DNA of 64,000 nt from Bacillota bacterium (GTDB lineage Bacteria > Bacillota > Clostridia > Acetivibrionales > DTU013): assembly GCA_023409735.1 (NCBI GenBank), contig JAEYRB010000023.1, positions 1,482 through 65,481 on the forward strand, written 5' to 3'. Numbering within the stretch: position 1 is the first letter of the stretch; each line of letters opens with the position of its first letter. Below are positions 9,654-19,412 of this stretch, piece after piece. Both the position numbers and the translations under genes were made by a program. The notes under the pieces were generated by a model. The model worked only from the letters and a program-made list of their open reading frames with translations. It made no database searches and was not told the DNA's origin.

Positions 9654-10495
9654 TGCAGCTGCCTCCCTGTTATATCAACAAATATATCGTTTAGGGTCGG
9701 TTCGCTGCTGTGTATGGACAATAGTCCATTACCTGAAATAAGCTTTGATAGAACAGCATCTTCACTTATCTTTTTAAGCTCAGTTACTGCTCTCTTTTCC
9801 TTGCCATTTTCAAAGTAAGTATATACAATTTTTGACGCTCCTTTTGACATAATAAGATTGTGAGGGGCATCCAGCGCTTTAACCCTGCCGTCTACAATAA
9901 AGGCCACACGATCACACAGCTCTGTTGCATCATACATATTGTGAGTTGTGAGTATAATTGTTTTTCCTATTGCTTTTTGCGACAATATAATGTCCTTCAT
10001 TAGCCTGGCGTTTGATGGATCTAGTCCTGAGGTAGGTTCATCGAGGAAAAGAATTTCCGGATCATGCAGAAGCGCTTTGATGAAATTCAACCTTGATTTC
10101 ATTCCTTTCGAAAAATCCATAACCTTTTTATCAGCATCTGCGGTAAGTCCAACACTTGCCAGAAGCTCATCCATATCCCTGCGTCTCTTGTACAGTGAAG
10201 CAAAATATCGCAGATTTTCCTTTGCTGTAAGCTTCTCGTATAAGCTGGGAAACTCAAAATCAACCCCAATATTTTCATAGAAGCTGTTATCATGCTTTTT
10301 TACTTCACAGCTGTTTACCGTGACACTACCCGAGTAATTTGTAAGAAGCCCGGTAAGTATTTTTTGAAGAGTACTCTTCCCTGCACCGGACGGGCCTAGG
10401 AAGCCAAATATCTCACCCTTATGGACATCAAAATAAATATCCTCTATAAATGGCTTTTTTGTATAGCTGAAGCTGAGATCCTTTACTTTAATCAT
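9650..10495 (-). CDS. ABC transporter ATP-binding protein
   Basis: Walker A GPSGAGKST, signature-like sequence FSKGMKSRL, and Walker B ILFLDEPTSGLD. Confidence 0.9.
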   Translation of the reverse strand: MIKVKDLSFSYTKKPFIEDIYFDVHKGEIFGFLGPSGAGKSTLQKILTGLLTNYSGSVTVNSCEVKKHDNSFYENIGVDFEFPSLYEKLTAKENLRYFASLYKRRRDMDELLASVGLTADADKKVMDFSKGMKSRLNFIKALLHDPEILFLDEPTSGLDPSNARLMKDIILSQKAIGKTIILTTHNMYDATELCDRVAFIVDGRVKALDAPHNLIMSKGASKIVYTYFENGKEKRAVTELKKISEDAVLSKLISGNGLLSIHSSEPTLNDIFVDITGRQLQ

Positions 10496-11094
10496 TATGC
10501 TTCTCCTTCAAACATCTGTAGAACAACACCATGAATCATTACTCTCAATGCATCCTTAAAAATGTCCTCTCCGATTTCATGCTTGTAATGCAATGTTAAA
10601 AATATTCCTCTGAAAGCGGCACTTATAGCTTTGATGTTCTTAGCCTGAATTTGCGGCGCTACCTGAAATAGATGTTCTACGCTGAAATTATCCTTTAGTG
10701 CATGTTCCTTAGCTATTTCAGGCGGTAACCTTCTCAACAGAAGCTCCATTTCTCCGTCTGCTAAAAACCTTACCAAAAATGACTCATCTACCATTTTATA
10801 AAGTCCAAGTATCAATTCAGTAAGCCTTTGCGGTGTAATATTATTCTGTATTGCCGCAGCTTCTTTTAACAGCTTCTCATGCATTTCATCATGAAATTCA
10901 CAGAGTACATCATAAAATAGAAGCTCCTTTGATTCGTAAAAAAGATAAAAGGTACCCTTCGGTATATTTACTCTCTTTACAAGCTCGTCTACTGTTGTTT
11001 TCTTCACACCATAGCTGGCAAGACACTTTTTTGCCTCCTCCATCAGTCTGTTCTTTATGTATGTGCGTTCGCTTTCGTTAAATGTTCTTGGCAT
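10495..11094 (-). CDS. TetR/AcrR family transcriptional regulator
   Basis: N-terminal HTH (GVKKTTVDELVKRVNIPKGTFYLFYESKE). AGGAG lies 7 nt before ATG 11094. The stop overlaps the ATPase start (TAATG). Confidence 0.85.
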   Translation of the reverse strand: MPRTFNESERTYIKNRLMEEAKKCLASYGVKKTTVDELVKRVNIPKGTFYLFYESKELLFYDVLCEFHDEMHEKLLKEAAAIQNNITPQRLTELILGLYKMVDESFLVRFLADGEMELLLRRLPPEIAKEHALKDNFSVEHLFQVAPQIQAKNIKAISAAFRGIFLTLHYKHEIGEDIFKDALRVMIHGVVLQMFEGEA

Positions 11095-11662
11095 GTCAGG
11101 CTCCTTTTTGTACACTCTGATATGATTTTCTGTTGTTTCAACAATGGCTGATCCCCTATAAATTTCAGTTGTGGGGTAGCTTACGTTTCGTTAAAAACAT
11201 TTTGACTATTTATGCCCTTTTAGTCATTATAGATTGGTCTCCATTATTTGTCAACATTTTAAAACAAATATTATCATGGATAGAAATTCTATTTATAAAT
11301 TCTAAAAAGCAAATAGCAATGCTGAAGATGAGAAAAAGCAGGTGTGAGTAAAAATACCATTGTTAATAAATATTCCGACATTGAAAATACAGGCATGGTG
11401 TATGCATAGATAAAAAGGAGGTCAATAGGTATTTGGAAAATAATCTAAATAGATAATCCTCAACAGAAGCTCAACGTTTTGTTACTCTTTACAACTGAAG
11501 CAATTTCAGCGATTGCACGAATTTAAGGAACATAGCTTTAAGTATAACGTCAAATAAAACATCTTAATCACTGATCAGCGTTTAATAGTGTAAAGTAACA
11601 TATGAAAACCGTGGGTTTATACCATCAGGATGAATATCAATAGTTTTAAAGGAGGCACAAAT

Positions 11663-12922
11663 ATGATAAAACATTCTATCACTAGAATACTCAGCTTAGC
11701 TCTGATTCTTACAACACTGCTTTCGCTTTCCGGCTGCAGTAGATCTGCTCAATCAGCGAATCTTATGAAGGGTGTTAAGGTTAATACTGCAAACTTTGAT
11801 ATTGACCTTAAAGGAGACGATCTTAAATCTGTAGCCGACTTTACTGTGTCATTATTTAAAAGAAGCACTCCCTCTGAAAAAAATGCACTTATTTCTCCCC
11901 TATCAGTACTATGTGCTCTTTCAATGACAGCTAACGGTGCAAAAAGTGAAACACTTGCACAAATGGAAAATGCATTCGGCCTCAGCGTTCCGGAGCTCAA
12001 CAATTATCTGCATTCTTATCTGAACAGTCTCTCCACCGGGAGCAAATACAAGCTCAGCATTGCTAATTCCATTTGGTTTAAGGATGACAAGAGTCTGACA
12101 GTGGAAAAGGACTTCCTGCAAAAAAATGCCGATTATTATAACACAGCCATTTATAAATCAGCTTTTGACAAGGCTACACTGAAGGACATTAATACCTGGG
12201 TCAGTGACAATACCGACTCAATGGTCAGAAATATACTCGACAAGCTTTCGGAGGATGCTGTTATGTATCTTATCAACGCTCTGGCCTTCGATGCTGAATG
12301 GGAGAACATCTACCAAAAATATCAGGTACGCGATGGCATTTTCACAACTGAATCAGGAGAAGCACAGGCTGTAAAAATGATGAATAGCGCTGAGAACCGG
12401 TATCTGGACGATGGTAATGCGACAGGCTTTATAAAATACTACGCCGACAGGAGATATGCCTTTGCCGCCCTGCTTCCAAACGAGGGGCTTTCGGCAGTTG
12501 ATTATATTGAAACCCTTACCGGTGACAATCTTATCAGCACCCTTAATAATGCACAGGATACAGAAGTAACAGTCGCTATCCCCAGTTTCGAAAGCGAATA
12601 CACTATAGAGATGAGCAGTATTCTTACTTCCATGGGCATGACTGATGCCTTTAGCTCTGAAGCAGCGGATTTCACCGGACTTGCCAGGTCAGAAAAGGGC
12701 AACATTTATATAAGTCGTGTTCTTCATAAAACATTTATCGCAGTTGATGAAAGAGGCACTAAAGCAGGCGCAGCCACTGTTGTTGAAATGAACGCCGGAT
12801 CTGCTTTAATGAAGAAAGAGCCCAAAACTGTATTTTTAGATCGTCCCTTTGTCTATATGCTTATTGATTGTGATACCAATTTACCTATCTTTATAGGCAC
12901 CATGATGGATACAGGGAAATAA
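11663..12922 (+). CDS. Serpin-family serine protease inhibitor, predicted lipoprotein
   Basis: Lipobox LLSLSGC after a hydrophobic signal sequence. Serpin core (ISPLSVLCALSMTANGAKSETL). Inhibitory-type hinge ERGTKAGAATVVEM. GGAGG lies 7 nt before ATG 11663. Confidence 0.85.
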   Translation: MIKHSITRILSLALILTTLLSLSGCSRSAQSANLMKGVKVNTANFDIDLKGDDLKSVADFTVSLFKRSTPSEKNALISPLSVLCALSMTANGAKSETLAQMENAFGLSVPELNNYLHSYLNSLSTGSKYKLSIANSIWFKDDKSLTVEKDFLQKNADYYNTAIYKSAFDKATLKDINTWVSDNTDSMVRNILDKLSEDAVMYLINALAFDAEWENIYQKYQVRDGIFTTESGEAQAVKMMNSAENRYLDDGNATGFIKYYADRRYAFAALLPNEGLSAVDYIETLTGDNLISTLNNAQDTEVTVAIPSFESEYTIEMSSILTSMGMTDAFSSEAADFTGLARSEKGNIYISRVLHKTFIAVDERGTKAGAATVVEMNAGSALMKKEPKTVFLDRPFVYMLIDCDTNLPIFIGTMMDTGK

Positions 12923-12957
12923 TAATTATTCAAAGCCTTTATGGCATTTAAAATGCC

Positions 12958-12987
12958 TTGACATGATTTTTTAGCATATGATATACT
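12958..12987 (+). promoter_or_regulatory. Sigma-A promoter (extended -10) for the tyrS leader
   Basis: TTGACA (12958-12963) - 18 nt - TGaTATACT (-10 at 12982-12987). Confidence 0.5.
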
Positions 12988-12994
12988 GGCAAAA

Positions 12995-13292
12995 ACTAAA
13001 TATATATTTTGCGAAAAGCTGTGATAAGAAATAGTAGCGCTGACGATTCCAAACAGAAAGATGCCGGTTGATGAGAGGCTTATGGATAGTTTTCGTGAAT
13101 ACATCTTGGAGCTGCGCACCGAAAAATGTTTTATTTATTAGGCTGCGACGGAAATGCACCCCGTAATCGAGTGCAAGAGTATCGCTAAGGCTGTACTTTG
13201 TGAGGTAAGCAATGCAAGCTGCTTATAAAATTAAGGTGGTAACACGAGTATGATCTCGTCCTTATGGTTGACATAGGGACGGGATTTTTTAT
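12995..13292 (+). promoter_or_regulatory. T-box riboswitch leader, tyrosine specifier (UAC)
   Basis: Stem-I elements (UGAUAAGAAAUAGUA, AG-rich bay). Specifier GAA-UAC-A at 13100-13102. T-box sequence AAUUAAGGUGGUAACACGAG at 13228-13248. Terminator hairpin CGTCCTTATG/CATAGGGACG plus T6 at 13256-13292. Confidence 0.85.
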
Positions 13293-13306
13293 TTATTGCA
13301 TTGTCT

Positions 13307-13391
13307 TAAGGTCTACAGCCCTTTATTAATTAGCTGCCTAAAGGTCTACAGCCTTTATTGTTGAGTTGTCTAAGGGGCTGCAGCAATAAGG
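13307..13391 (+). repeat. Three roughly 21-nt units at 32-nt period between the T-box terminator and the tyrS RBS
   Basis: TAAGGTCTACAGCCCTTTATT (13307-13327), TAAAGGTCTACAGCCTTTATT (13339-13359), and degenerate TAAGGGGCTGCAGCAATAAGG (13371-13391). The core GGTCTACAGC recurs at 14816-14825, downstream of tyrS. Confidence 0.7.
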
Positions 13392-13471
13392 CGAGAGGAG
13401 TTCGATGCACCCGACTTTTATTATCCTCATGCTTTTTCGCAAGCCATAAAATTATTAGGAGGAAAAAGCTA

Positions 13472-14692
13472 ATGCTGTCACCGGAAGAACAAGTAAAAAT
13501 TATCTGCAAGGGCGTTGATAACCTTGTAAACAGGGAGGAGCTTATTTCAAAGCTCAAAAGATCAGTAACAGAAAACAAACCTCTCATTATTAAGCTTGGG
13601 CTTGACCCATCGGCACCCGATATCCATCTCGGGCATGCAGTAGTTCTGAGAAAAATAAAACAAATGCAGGATCTGGGGCATCATGCAGTTATTGTAATAG
13701 GTGACTTTACTGGCAGGATCGGCGACCCGACAGGTAAAGCTAAGGGCAGAGTTGCGTTGTCAGATGAAAAGGTACGTGAAAATGCAAAAACATATTGCGA
13801 ACAGATCTTTAAGGTAATCGACAAAGAAAAAACAGAGGTACGTTTTAATAGTGAGTGGCTTTCAAAGCTGAATTTTGAGGAAGTGATACACCTTGCCTCA
13901 ATCACAACAGTTGCACGTATGCTCGAACGTGATGATTTCCAAAACAGGTATAGAAATCAGGTGCCTATAGGAATACACGAATTTTTCTATCCGCTGATGC
14001 AAGCCTATGATTCGGTTCAGCTTAATGCGGATATTGAACTGGGCGGAACAGATCAGACCTTTAACGTCCTTATGGGACGTACTCTGCAGAAAAGTCTCGG
14101 AAAGGACCCTCAGGTCGCCATGTTTATGCCTATACTTGTTGGTCTCGACGGTGCTGAAAAAATGAGTAAAAGTCTCGGGAATTATATTGGCGTCAGTGAA
14201 AGTGCAGAGGTAATGTTTAAAAAGGTAATGGAGATTCCGGATTCACTAATAATAAATTACTACGAGCTTACAACAGACGAACATCCTGATGCCATTGAAA
14301 GGATAAAAAGTGAACTTTCCTCCGGCAGGAATCCGCGTGATATAAAATACAGCCTTGCTAAGATAATTACGGGACTATATCACTCAAGTGAAGAGGTTAT
14401 TCGTGCTGAAGAATATTACAATACTGCCTTTGCCAAAAAAGCCATCCCTGAAAACATCCCTGAGCTAACAATACCATCAGAGATGCAGACGCTTAGCGAT
14501 GTTGTTCCACTTCTATCAGATGCCGGCTATATCTCCAGCAAAAGTGAGTTTATCCGATTAATTAAGCAAGGTGGAGTACAAATCAACGGGGATAAAATAA
14601 ACATTGAGCTAATGAACACATTAGTACACTCCGACGATGTATTGAAAATAGGGAAAAAGAAGTTTATCAGATTTTCAGGTAGAATTCAGTAA
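13472..14692 (+). CDS. tyrS: Tyrosine--tRNA ligase
   Basis: HIGH-class motif DIHLGHAV, KMSKS motif, and a C-terminal S4-like domain. AGGAGG lies 8 nt before ATG 13472. The longer track ORF from 13358 would read through the leader spacer. Confidence 0.9.
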   Translation: MLSPEEQVKIICKGVDNLVNREELISKLKRSVTENKPLIIKLGLDPSAPDIHLGHAVVLRKIKQMQDLGHHAVIVIGDFTGRIGDPTGKAKGRVALSDEKVRENAKTYCEQIFKVIDKEKTEVRFNSEWLSKLNFEEVIHLASITTVARMLERDDFQNRYRNQVPIGIHEFFYPLMQAYDSVQLNADIELGGTDQTFNVLMGRTLQKSLGKDPQVAMFMPILVGLDGAEKMSKSLGNYIGVSESAEVMFKKVMEIPDSLIINYYELTTDEHPDAIERIKSELSSGRNPRDIKYSLAKIITGLYHSSEEVIRAEEYYNTAFAKKAIPENIPELTIPSEMQTLSDVVPLLSDAGYISSKSEFIRLIKQGGVQINGDKINIELMNTLVHSDDVLKIGKKKFIRFSGRIQ

Positions 14693-14755
14693 TAAGCCTG
14701 GCAGATACGGGACTTACGCCCATTTAATCACGTGCCAGCCGGCATCGCCAATGTT

Positions 14756-14797
14756 AAGCAAGCCTTTCGATTTTTAATTTTGAAAGGCTTGCTTTAG
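14756..14797 (+). terminator. Intrinsic terminator-like hairpin downstream of tyrS
   Basis: 13-bp perfect stem AAGCAAGCCTTTC / GAAAGGCTTGCTT with a 13-nt loop. The T-run is only short. Confidence 0.55.
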
Positions 14798-15063
14798 TTA
14801 TGGCGATGTACCTCCGGTCTACAGCATCCATTATCACTCTATTTATATCTGTATCGGTGGCTTCGCAGACTTCAAGCTTCCTCATTTTAGCCCAAGCTGC
14901 ACACCAAGTACCTTAATATACGCCGCATTTGTTCCACAGCAGTCGCCGGTATAGGTTACTCAGCACTCAACAGCCGGTATGCTGTTGTTGACAAATGCCT
15001 CAATAACGCACTCGCCATGACATAATCAACCATGGCGATTTCTTCTCCATGGTACAACCTCAA

Positions 15064-16404
15064 TCAGGCAAATAGCTCTGCATGTTTCCTGTGCAGCCAG
15101 AAATACGCCCCAAGGCAAATTAGAACCGACAGTGCAGAGCCCGCGGGGGATGCAATGCCCATTGGAAACAGGGTATCTGCAAAAGCTGCTGATGCAAAAT
15201 AGGCAACCGGTATCCGTACTAAGATAATTGATAAAGAATTGTGCAGAAAGGATATCGCGGACTTGCCATATGCACAAAAATAGCCGCTGAAGCTGAAATG
15301 AATGCCTGCAAAGATGCAGTCCCAAACATAGCTTCGCATATACTGCCCGCCCATATGAACCACACTTGGATCCTTTGTAAACAGGCCAACAAAGGTTTCT
15401 GCCTGAAACTGCATCAAAACAGATGCTGCGACACCAAATACGACAGTAATCATTACAGCATATCCAAGTGTTTGTTTTACCCGCTCATGCTTTTTGGCTC
15501 CAATATTCTGCGCAGAAAGCGCCGATACAGAGGCTAGCATGGTAGAAGGGATGAGGAACAAAATACCGATTATTTTTTCCACAACGCCTACTGCTGCTGC
15601 ATCAGACAACCCCCTCCGATTAGCTATGATTGTAATCACCAAAAAAGCGACCTGGATAAAGCCGTCCTGAACCGCTACAGGAATTCCGATCTTCAGTAAA
15701 GTGCCAAGAACGTTCCGCTTAGGACGGAAGTCGGCTACTGAAAGATAAATACCGGTTTCTCGTTTCGCGATAATGATAAACGACACAATAACACTGATTG
15801 CCTGTGCGATTGTTGTTCCCAGTGCCGCTCCTGCTGCACCCATCTGCAAAGCGCCGATAAACAGATAATCCAGCACGATATTAGCAACACAGGCAATGAA
15901 TGCAAAATACATTGGGCTTTTAGAATCTCCCATCCCACGAAAAATTGAGCTTATGATATTGTAGGCCGTAATAAACGGAATCCCCAAAAAACAGATAGCC
16001 AGGTAGGAGATTGTCTCTTCAAAAGCAGCTTCCGGTGTAGACATGACTGCTGCAACCTGACGAACCAGCAGAAGCAGCAAAACAGCCAAACCAACAGAAA
16101 ACACCATAAACAATATAACTGTGTTTCCTATAATAGTTCCGGTTTCCTCCTGCTTCTTTGCACCGATGGATCGTCCAATCATTATCGTGGCCCCCATTGC
16201 CAGGCCAACAATAACAACTGTGACCATGTGCATCACCTGACTGCCAATAGAAACAGCTGTAGTGCAATCTGTTCCATTGAACTGTCCGATTATAAAGAGG
16301 TCAGCCATTCCATAAAGTGTCTGCAAAAAGTATGACAGCAAAAATGGCAGAGAAAATGAAATTAATGTTTTAAAGACATTGCCGCTTGTCAAATCTCGTT
16401 TCAT
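15064..16404 (-). CDS. MATE family efflux transporter
   Basis: About 446 aa and 12 TM. The N-terminus (KTLISFSLPFLLSYFLQTLYGMADLFIIGQF) is typical of MATE/NorM. ATG 16404 follows AGGAG by 9 nt. Confidence 0.9.
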   Translation of the reverse strand: MKRDLTSGNVFKTLISFSLPFLLSYFLQTLYGMADLFIIGQFNGTDCTTAVSIGSQVMHMVTVVIVGLAMGATIMIGRSIGAKKQEETGTIIGNTVILFMVFSVGLAVLLLLLVRQVAAVMSTPEAAFEETISYLAICFLGIPFITAYNIISSIFRGMGDSKSPMYFAFIACVANIVLDYLFIGALQMGAAGAALGTTIAQAISVIVSFIIIAKRETGIYLSVADFRPKRNVLGTLLKIGIPVAVQDGFIQVAFLVITIIANRRGLSDAAAVGVVEKIIGILFLIPSTMLASVSALSAQNIGAKKHERVKQTLGYAVMITVVFGVAASVLMQFQAETFVGLFTKDPSVVHMGGQYMRSYVWDCIFAGIHFSFSGYFCAYGKSAISFLHNSLSIILVRIPVAYFASAAFADTLFPMGIASPAGSALSVLICLGAYFWLHRKHAELFA

Positions 16405-16532
16405 ATACAAATACTCCTGATATTTATCTGATTATAACATAATGCGTATGAATTTTGTCACAATAGCCCCAAAGCAAAAATGCTCAAACACAACAACGCA
16501 TAAGAAAGCCTTGCGGTTAGACATTTTGGGGC

Positions 16533-16566
16533 AAAAAAAACCGCAATTGAAATTATTTCAACTGCG
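16533..16566 (-). terminator. Intrinsic terminator (minus sense) with no intact gene upstream of it
   Basis: The minus strand reads CGCAGTTGAAAT-A-ATTTCAATTGCG (12-bp stem, one mismatch) followed by T8. The sequence upstream (16620-17030) holds only decayed ORF fragments. Confidence 0.5.
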
Positions 16567-17150
16567 TACAAATCTCTCTTAACTAAATAATTTCTTCTCG
16601 GAAGACATAACACTATGCCATTCTTTTGGTTTGATTTTGGTTTAATTTATTTTGCTGGGATAGTGCTCTCTATATGATGTATCATTGCTTCCTTACTCTG
16701 TCTCATTATCTCCTGGACGTCACATCCTACAATGTCAAGGTTTTGTGCATCGTAATAATAGCAATCATTTATCCCAAACATACCATTTGCCAATGCTTCT
16801 CTGTATTAGTCAGTAAGAAAGTCATAGTAAATGCCTTTTCCCTTGAGTTGTCTCATCCCCATTGCCTCGAGTGTGGGATTTCTCTTTGATAATACCTTTC
16901 ATCATAAAGTTGTGTCAAGAATCGCACAACTCGTGTATATATTAATAATATCCAAACTGACATCAGCAATAATGGCTGCTTGATGTGGCAATGCAAAAAA
17001 AGCTCCCCCGCCTACCGCAATGCATTTACCTTGTTATAAACTGTTATTAGTGATAACATGTAAAATATCATAAAATACAATTATTTATTATATGTGCGTG
17101 CAAATCAGAGACTGCTGATGCATATTTGCATTTTAGGGGGAGTGCTCACA

Positions 17151-17756
17151 ATGAATTTTACCAAGCTTTCAAACTCGCTTCAATTGAAGGGCTACAAGGT
17201 TCAATGCTTCGATAACCACGTAGAAGCTTCCAACTATCTGAACGCATCCATCGATGAAACAAATGTTGCGTTTGGCGGTTCTGTGACTTTGCAGCAAATG
17301 AACTTATTTGACTTACTTTCTTCTCATAATACTGTTCTTTGGCATTGGAGAAGGCCGGAAGGTAAAACAGCTTCCGAGATACGGCGGGAAGCTATGGTAT
17401 CGGATATTTATATCTCTTCAGTAAATGCAATTGCCGAAACAGGTGAGATCATCAACATTGATGGTACTTGCAACCGTATTTCTTCTATGCTCTTCGGCCA
17501 TAAGATACTATATCTGGTTATTGGCAAGAACAAGATTGCACCTGATTTTTCCTCTGCGCTTGACCGTGCTCGAAATATTGCGGCGCCTATGAACGCAAAA
17601 AGACTTAACAGAAAAACTCCCTGTGCTGTAAAAGGTGACCGCTGCTATAATTGTTCCAGTCCCGAACGAATCTGCAATGCACTATCCGTATTTTGGCAAA
17701 AGCCTGACAGTATGGAAGTTGAAGTCATACTTATCCAAGAGGACCTGGGCTATTGA
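17151..17756 (+). CDS. LUD-domain (LutC/YkgG-like, DUF162) lactate-utilisation-family protein
   Basis: About 200 aa with IYISSVNAIAETGEIINIDGTCNR and a C-terminal Cys cluster CAVKGDRCYNCSSPERIC. GGGGGAG lies before ATG 17151. Confidence 0.7.
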   Translation: MNFTKLSNSLQLKGYKVQCFDNHVEASNYLNASIDETNVAFGGSVTLQQMNLFDLLSSHNTVLWHWRRPEGKTASEIRREAMVSDIYISSVNAIAETGEIINIDGTCNRISSMLFGHKILYLVIGKNKIAPDFSSALDRARNIAAPMNAKRLNRKTPCAVKGDRCYNCSSPERICNALSVFWQKPDSMEVEVILIQEDLGY

Positions 17757-17945
17757 GAATTATTATTTGCTTATACATTTATTCTCTGCGCATTTTGCTG
17801 CCTTTAGATTTCTTCTTGTCTGCAATCCCTTAGTATATTTTTATTAATTAATGCTATACTTTAAGACGGTCTTGTAATTGTTGACACAATTTTAAATAAG
17901 ATATATTATAGCCATAAATGAACACGTTCAAATTGAGGCCGCTTG

Positions 17946-18464
17946 ATGAAAATAAACAGTGAACTATATGAAAAAATAATGTCCTGCGGAAAAAAGGTAT
18001 TGCTCGAAAAATCTTATAATGATCTTACAATGCGCTATATTGCTGGAGAATGCAATGTGTCGGTCGGTACGGTGTATAACTGCTTTCCGTCAAAAGAAAT
18101 GCTTGTTGCCAAAATCATGCTTAAAGATTGGCTTGTTCTGCTGGATAAGGCTTCACAAGAGATCGAGGAGACTTCTTCATGCATTTACGGGCTTGAAACA
18201 GTATACAACACGATCCGAAGTTATGTTACGCTTTACAGCGGCGTATTTGAAAGCCGCGGATCCGAGGTCAATCTTCATGTCGATCAGCACAAAACGCTTA
18301 TCGGTCAGCTCAGCAGTCTGATTGATCTACTTCTCACGCGATTTGGAAAAAGTACCGACCCTGATCCGACGCTTTTTTTGGCGGAGGCACTTCTTCTCGC
18401 CGGTTGCAGGCGAGATATAACCTTCAATGATATCAGCATTTTTATCAATAGAGTTATTCAATAA
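17946..18464 (+). CDS. TetR family transcriptional regulator
   Basis: HTH MRYIAGECNVSVGTVYNCFPSKEMLV. First gene of a tightly spaced + strand operon. Confidence 0.8.
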   Translation: MKINSELYEKIMSCGKKVLLEKSYNDLTMRYIAGECNVSVGTVYNCFPSKEMLVAKIMLKDWLVLLDKASQEIEETSSCIYGLETVYNTIRSYVTLYSGVFESRGSEVNLHVDQHKTLIGQLSSLIDLLLTRFGKSTDPDPTLFLAEALLLAGCRRDITFNDISIFINRVIQ

Positions 18465-18482
18465 TTATTAAACAAAGGAGAC

Positions 18483-19412
18483 ATGATGATGAGCAGCTTT
18501 GAAAATTTGCGGATCGTTGATAATTTCTATCAGACATCACTGTTCTTTCCGATGCCGACAGTCGTTATCAGCACCCTGTGCGAGGACGGAGGCACCTCTC
18601 TCGGCCCCTATTCTCTTGTCCAGCCTTACTACATCGCCGGCAAGGACTACTATGCTATGCTTCTCGAATGCCGCAACTCCTCAAACACCGCACAAAACAT
18701 TCTTCGTACCGGAAAATGTGCCCTGAACTTCGTTACAGACGGGAGAAAGACCTTTAAAGAGTGTGTGAAACTTTCATGGCCGGGCGATAAGCCGGATGAG
18801 AAAATGCCCAAGTGCAACTTCATACTCGAAAAAGGTATTGTCCAGGAAGAAAATCCTGATGATATCCGTCCTCTCGTCGTTGCCGACTCATATCAGGTCA
18901 TCGAATGTACATGGATGAGAGATCTCGATGGTGCAGGCATCGATCAGCCCGGGAACCTTAATGGCTATGAGCCGCCGTATCACGATTTCAACGGTATTAC
19001 TTCCAAATTCGGCGCGCATTTCATCCTACGGATTGACAAAATTCTGATGAAGAAAAAGTATAAGAATGCGATCATCAACGGTGTCAAAAGAAGAGATTTC
19101 CCCAATGTTCCCATTGATTTCGGATATCGTGACAGCAAAAACTTCTGGTATTGCAAGAGATCTCGCATGATCCCCGAGCTTCTTGCTTTCCGTCCTCAGA
19201 CCATCGAATCGGTTCGTTATGCTGCAGATCGTGCAGATGATGTTGTCAAATTCACCGATGATGCGCTGAAGACTATTTTAAATGTTCCACGTGTATTCCT
19301 GCCGGTGGTTCTCAAGGGTTGTGTCAGTTGGGCAAAGGAAAACAACTGCACCCTCATCACCGAAAAAGAAATGGCCATCATTAACGACAAACGCTCGAAA
19401 GATAAAAAATAA
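18483..19412 (+). CDS. Flavin reductase-like (FMN-binding split-barrel) domain protein with a C-terminal extension
   Basis: N-terminal FPMPTVVISTLCEDGGTSLGPYS pattern typical of Flavin_Reduct domains. 309 aa. Confidence 0.65.
   Translation: MMMSSFENLRIVDNFYQTSLFFPMPTVVISTLCEDGGTSLGPYSLVQPYYIAGKDYYAMLLECRNSSNTAQNILRTGKCALNFVTDGRKTFKECVKLSWPGDKPDEKMPKCNFILEKGIVQEENPDDIRPLVVADSYQVIECTWMRDLDGAGIDQPGNLNGYEPPYHDFNGITSKFGAHFILRIDKILMKKKYKNAIINGVKRRDFPNVPIDFGYRDSKNFWYCKRSRMIPELLAFRPQTIESVRYAADRADDVVKFTDDALKTILNVPRVFLPVVLKGCVSWAKENNCTLITEKEMAIINDKRSKDKK

Noticed and set aside
11133-11351. 72-aa + strand ORF in the tetR-serpin intergenic region
   Set aside because: No RBS is present, the reading frame is AT-rich and low-information, and it overlaps the likely tetR promoter region.
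13358-13471. N-terminal extension of tyrS in the track ORF (start at 13358)
   Set aside because: The extension begins with TTG inside the leader repeat region and has no RBS. AGGAGG sits 8 nt before ATG 13472, and the sequence from there aligns with normal TyrRS N-termini.
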